From Nitrososphaeria archaeon (GTDB taxonomy: Archaea; Thermoproteota; Nitrososphaeria; JACIWG01), in NCBI GenBank assembly GCA_963752255.1, contig CAVVXT010000012.1:160001-224000 (forward strand): a stretch of DNA of 64,000 bases. The letters run 5' to 3'. The notes beneath the pieces were generated by a model that was given only the letters and a program-made list of their open reading frames with translations, made no database searches and was not told where the DNA came from. A program made the position numbers and the translations under genes. Shown piece by piece: positions 58,974 through 64,000 of the stretch (position 1 is its first letter; the number at the start of each line of letters is the position of its first letter).

Positions 58974-60188
58974 CTAAGATACAGGATGAAGTATTGGCTT
59001 TCCATATAAACCATCATACCCTGCTTCGAATCTAACTTTCTTTTCCCTAAAATCTTCGATCAAAGAGGCGACCTCTGAGCCTACTATCTGATCTAAGAGC
59101 GGCCTCTTAATATCTATAAGAATCGATATTTCATTTCCTGCCTTTTTAATATAATTTAATTCTTCATCACCTATCTTCTTTGAATACAGGCTTTCCGAAC
59201 CTCTCAGCAGCGATATGACTCCATAAAGTGGAAGAGCAACCTTGAAGGGAACCGCATTTGGCGGTTCATAGCCTTCAGGTCGATCTGCCAATTCTTCAAC
59301 TCTCTGGAGGACACCTATTGTGAGTCTTTTTCCACAGACTGGACAGATGTTATTTACTTTCAAGGCATCTTTGGGGCTTAAGGAGAATTTGCAGTTCCTG
59401 TGACCTGTATAATGATATTTTCCGTATTCAGGTGGAACTTCGACGGTGTACAAGAACTTGGACCTATCATGGTTCTTGATTGCTTCAAAGATTGATCTGT
59501 ATGAAGGCTTAGATAGCTGAAAGACATTGAATTCTCTTCCAAGACGTGATGGAAGAGGACTATGTGAGTCAGAGTTGCTTACAAGAGAAACCTTATCTAA
59601 AGCGCTTATCCTCCAATTCATTTGGGGGGTACTGCTTAATCCAGTTTCGATGGCGAAGATTTTTCTTGCCTGATCTCCAAAGCACTCCTCAAGAGAGTCA
59701 AAGCCAGTGTTAGCTCCAAAAACACCATACCACGTTGTCCAGGCATGTGAAGGTATTATCACGATTTTCGAGTCGATGGAGTTCATCAAATCAACAAACT
59801 CGGGGCTTGTGAGTCTCGTAAAAGTTGGACGGCCATCTGAGTTAAGACTGCCATAACGTGACAGCGAACTGTTTATCGATTCAACGACTTCAATTGATGG
59901 AGCATGGATTATGTGATGCACCCTTCTAGATTTTCCATCTTGAGGATAGATTAACGAAACTTCACATGTTAGCATCCAGTATATGTCGCCAAAGAGGTAT
60001 ACGCCATCTGCAAAGGTTCTTAGCTTTTTCTTAAGCTCGCTAAACCATTTAGGATGTGTAAAATCGCCTGTGCCGAGCAGATTTAACCCCTTTAATCTTG
60101 CGCCCGCCGCAATGTTTTCTAGGTCCATTGACTGGCTTGTAGCACGACTGTATTTACTGTGCAGATGTAGATCAGCGCAAATTATCAT
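58974..60188 (-). CDS. Endonuclease Q family (PHP domain plus Zn ribbon)
   Basis: ADLHLHSKYSRATS, GTGDFTHP, IETGLS, SNSDSHS, RLGRE, GKYHYTGHRNC, CPVCG...GVLQRV, GYDG.YG. Confidence 0.9.
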   Translation of the reverse strand: MIICADLHLHSKYSRATSQSMDLENIAAGARLKGLNLLGTGDFTHPKWFSELKKKLRTFADGVYLFGDIYWMLTCEVSLIYPQDGKSRRVHHIIHAPSIEVVESINSSLSRYGSLNSDGRPTFTRLTSPEFVDLMNSIDSKIVIIPSHAWTTWYGVFGANTGFDSLEECFGDQARKIFAIETGLSSTPQMNWRISALDKVSLVSNSDSHSPLPSRLGREFNVFQLSKPSYRSIFEAIKNHDRSKFLYTVEVPPEYGKYHYTGHRNCKFSLSPKDALKVNNICPVCGKRLTIGVLQRVEELADRPEGYEPPNAVPFKVALPLYGVISLLRGSESLYSKKIGDEELNYIKKAGNEISILIDIKRPLLDQIVGSEVASLIEDFREKKVRFEAGYDGLYGKPILHPVS

Positions 60189-60445
60189 ATTCGGTTATTC
60201 CTTTTTAAAAATAATAAAACAGCATAAATACTTTACTTATCATTCTTAACCCAAAAGGCAGACTTCAGCGGTGATATGAAGGTTTCCCAAAACAACGTTT
60301 ATCGTATTATAAGAAAGGAACGTCTTGTGATGAAGAAAACAATTGAACGTCCTATCATTAAATCCTTTTCTACAGCCTAAAAATTTTCATAACCTAACAC
60401 GGAGAAAATATAAAAGAAGTTGTTGGAGTAGTTTGGCGTGAAAGT

Positions 60446-61879
60446 ATGCAACCGGAAAAAGCTTTGCCTGACAAAGAGGGTAGATTTAGTGAATGGTACT
60501 CTGCGATACTGGAAAAGGCTGAACTAGCCGACATAAGATATAATGTGAAAGGTTTTATCGTTTACCGACCTAATTTGATGAGAATAATAAACCTGATAAA
60601 GAATGAGCTTGAGCAAGGACTTTTTAAAGACGGCCACCAGCAGGTCATGTTCCCTCTCGTTATCCCTATTTCTTACCTGAAAAAAGAAGAGGAGCATGTC
60701 ACAGGATTTGCAGCCGAAGTTTTCAAATTACAGAGCGAAGAAGGAGAAGAGGAACTGGCGCTTAGACCAACTTCTGAAACAGCCTTTTATCCGATGTATT
60801 CACTATGGATTCACAGCTATAGGGATCTTCCCTTGAAGCTTTTCCAAACCGTGAACGTATATCGAAAGGAAACTAAAGCTACCAGACCTCTAATTCGAGG
60901 CAGAGAGTTTTATTGGATAGAGTCACACGATGCCTTCGAAAACAAAGAGCAAGCTCTGGGACAGGTTACAAAAGATATTGAAATCACAAAAGAGGCGCTG
61001 AGAAAACTTGGACTAGCATTTGTCGTAGTAGAAAGAGAGGAGTGGGACAAGTTCCCTGGAGCGGAGAGCACATTCGCCTTTGATTGTATAATGCCTGATG
61101 GCAGAGTGTTACAGATTGCGACAACCCATTATTTAGGTACAAAATTTTCAGTTCCTTTTGACGTGGCTTACTTAGATAAAGATGGCGTCAAGAAGAACGT
61201 TCACCAAACTTGCTTTGGACCAGGAATATCGAGGATGGCGGCTGCGGTCATCGCAGTCCACGGTGACGAATTTGGTTTAATACTTCCATTCGAAGTCGCG
61301 CCTGTTCAGGTTGCCGTTGTCCCTATCAAGAATGAAGCTCAAGAGAAACAGGTTGTAGAAAAGGCAAAAGAAATCAGTAAAAAGCTGGAAAGGCTTAACT
61401 TGCGATATGAGGTTGATATTTCTGAGGAGAGACCTGGAGCAAAATATTACAAGTGGGAACTGATAGGTGCGCCGGTAAGAATCGAGATAGGAGGAAAAGA
61501 GCTGAGTGATCACTGTCTGACACTTTTCAGAAGAGACACCAGGAAAAGGTTGAAGATCGAAGAAAGTAAGCTGGATGAGGAGATCAGGTTTCTTGAGAAG
61601 GATTTATTAAGTAATTTGGCTGGGAAATCACGCGAAAGGATGGATAAATCTATTGTTAGAGTAAATAATAGACAAGAACTTCTTAAAGCAAGTCAGGAAG
61701 GAAAGATTGTTTTAATGAACTTTTGTAAAAGATTGGAGTGCTCAGAGGAATTAAAAGCGGGTACAAGAGGATATGAAATCAGAGGAAGGAGAGTTGATGT
61801 CGTCGAACAAGTCTGGGGAAAATGTGCGTGGTGCAGTAGAGACGCAATAGAAGTGGCTGTTGTAGCGAAAACCTTTTAG
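60446..61879 (+). CDS. proS: Proline--tRNA ligase (archaeal/eukaryotic type)
   Basis: FSEWY, KEEEHV.GF, LRPTSET, SYRDLP, RPLIRGREF, KFPGA, C-terminal Zn site. Confidence 0.96.
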   Translation: MQPEKALPDKEGRFSEWYSAILEKAELADIRYNVKGFIVYRPNLMRIINLIKNELEQGLFKDGHQQVMFPLVIPISYLKKEEEHVTGFAAEVFKLQSEEGEEELALRPTSETAFYPMYSLWIHSYRDLPLKLFQTVNVYRKETKATRPLIRGREFYWIESHDAFENKEQALGQVTKDIEITKEALRKLGLAFVVVEREEWDKFPGAESTFAFDCIMPDGRVLQIATTHYLGTKFSVPFDVAYLDKDGVKKNVHQTCFGPGISRMAAAVIAVHGDEFGLILPFEVAPVQVAVVPIKNEAQEKQVVEKAKEISKKLERLNLRYEVDISEERPGAKYYKWELIGAPVRIEIGGKELSDHCLTLFRRDTRKRLKIEESKLDEEIRFLEKDLLSNLAGKSRERMDKSIVRVNNRQELLKASQEGKIVLMNFCKRLECSEELKAGTRGYEIRGRRVDVVEQVWGKCAWCSRDAIEVAVVAKTF

Positions 61880-62233
61880 ATCGAAATCACCCATTTTTCA
61901 AGCCAAACAGATATTTATGACAGAAAAGATTGGATAATCGATAAACTAGAATATATGAAGAAAAAATCTGATGGTCAATTTACAAGTAAATGGGGTATTG
62001 CATATAGTCGGGTTTTTATCTGATTAAAACACACGATTTGGGTAAAGTGTGAATAATATAGTGTACTAGATGAAATTACTAAAACATAGTGACTATATAT
62101 TTTTAAGACAAAGCTGCTGGCAATATTTTTGGTATTATAAGTAATAGAGCTCATAAGATGCGTTCTCGTTGGCCAGAGTTATTCAACCATTCGTCGAAGA
62201 GAATATATATATTAAGCGCATATTCCCCAAATA

Positions 62234-63511
62234 TTGAAAGAGGAGATGAAGAGGATGGTAGAATATAGGGTGAGGGATATAAAACTTGCACAGGAGGGAA
62301 AAATGAAGATAGACTGGGCAGAAAAACACATGCCTGTTCTCATGAAGATAAGGGATGAGTTTAGGAGGTTTAAGCCATTAAAAAATGTTACGATCGGCGC
62401 CTGTCTGCATGTTACAAAGGAGACCGCCGTTTTAGTTAAAACCCTTCAATCAGGGGGGGCGACTGTCGCTCTTTGTGGCTCTAACCCCCTATCAACCCAA
62501 GATGATGTTGCAGCCGCACTTGCTGAAGACGGAGTAAGTGTTTTTGCGTTAAGAGGAGAAAGTAATGACGAATATTATTGGTGCTTGAATAAGGTTTTGG
62601 ACTTTAAACCAAACATCACTCTCGATGATGGGGCAGACCTTATTTCTACAATACATCTGAAAAAAAGAGAATTGATTCCATACGTTTACGGGGGACAGGA
62701 AGAAACGACAACTGGTGTGATAAGATTAAGAGCTATGGAGAGAGATGGAGCGTTAAGATACCCTGTACTCGCCGTGAATGACACGCCAACAAAGAACATG
62801 TTTGACAACATTTACGGAACCGGTCAGAGCACGATTGACGGTATATTGAGGTCAACAAATGTACTGCTCGCTGGAAAAAAGTTTGTTATCTGCGGATACG
62901 GCCATTGTGGAAAAGGTTTGGCGACGAGAGCAAGAGGCATGGGATCAAACGTGATTGTCGTTGAAGTCGACCCTCTTAGGGCTTTACAGGCTGTCATGGA
63001 CGGCGTCAGTGTAATGACTATGAACGAAGCTGCGAAAGAAGGAGACATTTTTGTTACCGTGACCGGAAACAAGAACATAATCAGAAAAGAGCACATGGAG
63101 CTAATGAAGGATGGGGCGATAATGGCTAATTCCGGACACTTCAACGTTGAAGTCTCTGTTAGGGATTTAGTAGAGTTAACCAAAGGAAGAAGGATCATTA
63201 GACCAAATACTGAGGAATTTGAATTAAAGAGTGGAAGGAAGATCTACCTTCTAGCGGAAGGCCGCCTCGTGAATCTTGCTTCAGCAGAAGGTCATCCGTC
63301 GGAAGTTATGGACATGTCTTTTTCCGATCAGGCGTTAACCTGCAAATATATAGTAGAGAACCATAAGAAATTAGAGCCAAAAGTTTACGATGTGCCTTCC
63401 GAAATCGGGAACAGGATAGCTAAATTGAAATTGGAGTCTATGGAAATAAAGATAGACGAATTGACTGAAGAACAGAAGAAGTATATGTTAGGCTGGGCAG
63501 AAGGAACTTGA
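62234..63511 (+). CDS. ahcY: S-adenosylhomocysteine hydrolase
   Basis: CLHVTKETA, SNPLSTQD, DDGADL, EETTTG, FDNIYGTGQS, GRLVNL..AEGHP. Confidence 0.97.
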   Translation: MKEEMKRMVEYRVRDIKLAQEGKMKIDWAEKHMPVLMKIRDEFRRFKPLKNVTIGACLHVTKETAVLVKTLQSGGATVALCGSNPLSTQDDVAAALAEDGVSVFALRGESNDEYYWCLNKVLDFKPNITLDDGADLISTIHLKKRELIPYVYGGQEETTTGVIRLRAMERDGALRYPVLAVNDTPTKNMFDNIYGTGQSTIDGILRSTNVLLAGKKFVICGYGHCGKGLATRARGMGSNVIVVEVDPLRALQAVMDGVSVMTMNEAAKEGDIFVTVTGNKNIIRKEHMELMKDGAIMANSGHFNVEVSVRDLVELTKGRRIIRPNTEEFELKSGRKIYLLAEGRLVNLASAEGHPSEVMDMSFSDQALTCKYIVENHKKLEPKVYDVPSEIGNRIAKLKLESMEIKIDELTEEQKKYMLGWAEGT

Positions 63512-63575
63512 TACATATTAGAACGTTTAAGAAATTCTTTTATATTTCCGATATGACAAGTGCCAACGAGCAAAG

Positions 63576-63851
63576 TTGACGAAGAAAAGAAAAAGCCGCG
63601 GTCGTGGTAAAAGTGGTAAAGGGAGATCAGAGCAGGTGCAGTGCTCACATTGTGGTGCAATGGTTCCACGGGATAAGGCGAAGAAAGACACACGGAGACT
63701 CAACTTCATGGATGCCGCCCTCGCTAAGGAGCTTAGAGCAGGTGGAACATATATCCCAAATGAGAGAAGTACAAGGTACTATTGCATATCGTGCGCAGTT
63801 CACTTTGGCGTTGCCAAGGTTAGAGCAAAAGATGAAAGAAAGCAGAGGTAG
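63576..63851 (+). CDS. rps26e: 30S ribosomal protein S26e
   Basis: KKRKSRGR, VQCSHCG..VPRDKAKK, YCISCAVH. Confidence 0.95.
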   Translation: MTKKRKSRGRGKSGKGRSEQVQCSHCGAMVPRDKAKKDTRRLNFMDAALAKELRAGGTYIPNERSTRYYCISCAVHFGVAKVRAKDERKQR

Positions 63852-63864
63852 CTGTTCCCGCCCA

Positions 63865-64000
63865 CTATTTTCTTAATTTCCGCATTATAATAGTAGAACG
63901 TTCTATGAATGTAAAAATTGCCAAAGCGGAAACGATTATTATGCCATAGAACGTGTACCCCGCAATGCTGAAAAATGACAAAACGATCATTCTTTCAGCC
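63865..64000 (-). CDS. C-terminus of a CDP-alcohol phosphatidyltransferase (partial, runs off the window)
   Basis: ..AERMIVLSFFSIAGYTFYGIIIVSALAIFTFIERSTIIMRKLRK* resembles the (R)AER..TxxQR end of the family; convergent with rps26e. Confidence 0.6.
   Translation of the reverse strand, partial: AERMIVLSFFSIAGYTFYGIIIVSALAIFTFIERSTIIMRKLRK

Noticed and set aside
328-63876. Many antisense or nested ORFs in the track (e.g. 328..1014, 10909..11424, 20098..22131 set, 48396..48719, 63604..63876)
   Set aside because: They are shadows of well-supported genes on the other strand or frame and have no motifs of their own

Overview
64 kb of an AT-rich archaeal chromosome, almost certainly TACK/Thermoproteota (rps25e, rps26e, Alba, rpoK, endA, A-type ATP synthase). 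The fused guaA and Zn-ribbon-extended Hrq-type helicase hint at a Nitrososphaeria-related lineage (inference). It is mostly housekeeping and heterotrophic carbon metabolism: ppsA, a bacterial-type ATP-PfkA, apgM, a polyol dehydrogenase/aldolase/FGGY kinase operon, a GH57/GT4/GalT alpha-glucan cluster, hxlA, ribose-1,5-bisphosphate isomerase, H+-PPase, an ArcE/COG2403 protein, DNA repair enzymes, lig, proS and ahcY. Many conserved genes (ppsA x3, lig, FGGY kinase, ArcE-like, DUF1614, R15P isomerase) carry single-base frameshifts that look like read or assembly errors. I found no rRNA, intact tRNA, CRISPR array or intact transposase. The best leads are: (i) a ~76-nt rod-like hairpin in front of the DEAD-box helicase that can bury its Shine-Dalgarno; (ii) a ~3 kb low-coding island (45.1-48.2 kb) with a 13-bp inverted-repeat element, a decayed RHH-like gene ending in a tRNA-3'-like fragment, and divergent HTH/RHH genes flanking a palindromic repeat array; (iii) an ATP synthase locus with both membrane subunits on the opposite strand to the soluble subunits; (iv) small Zn-binding or basic ORFs missed by the ORF track. 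All calls come from reading motifs; no searches were run, and no clearly complete novel multi-gene system could be demonstrated.
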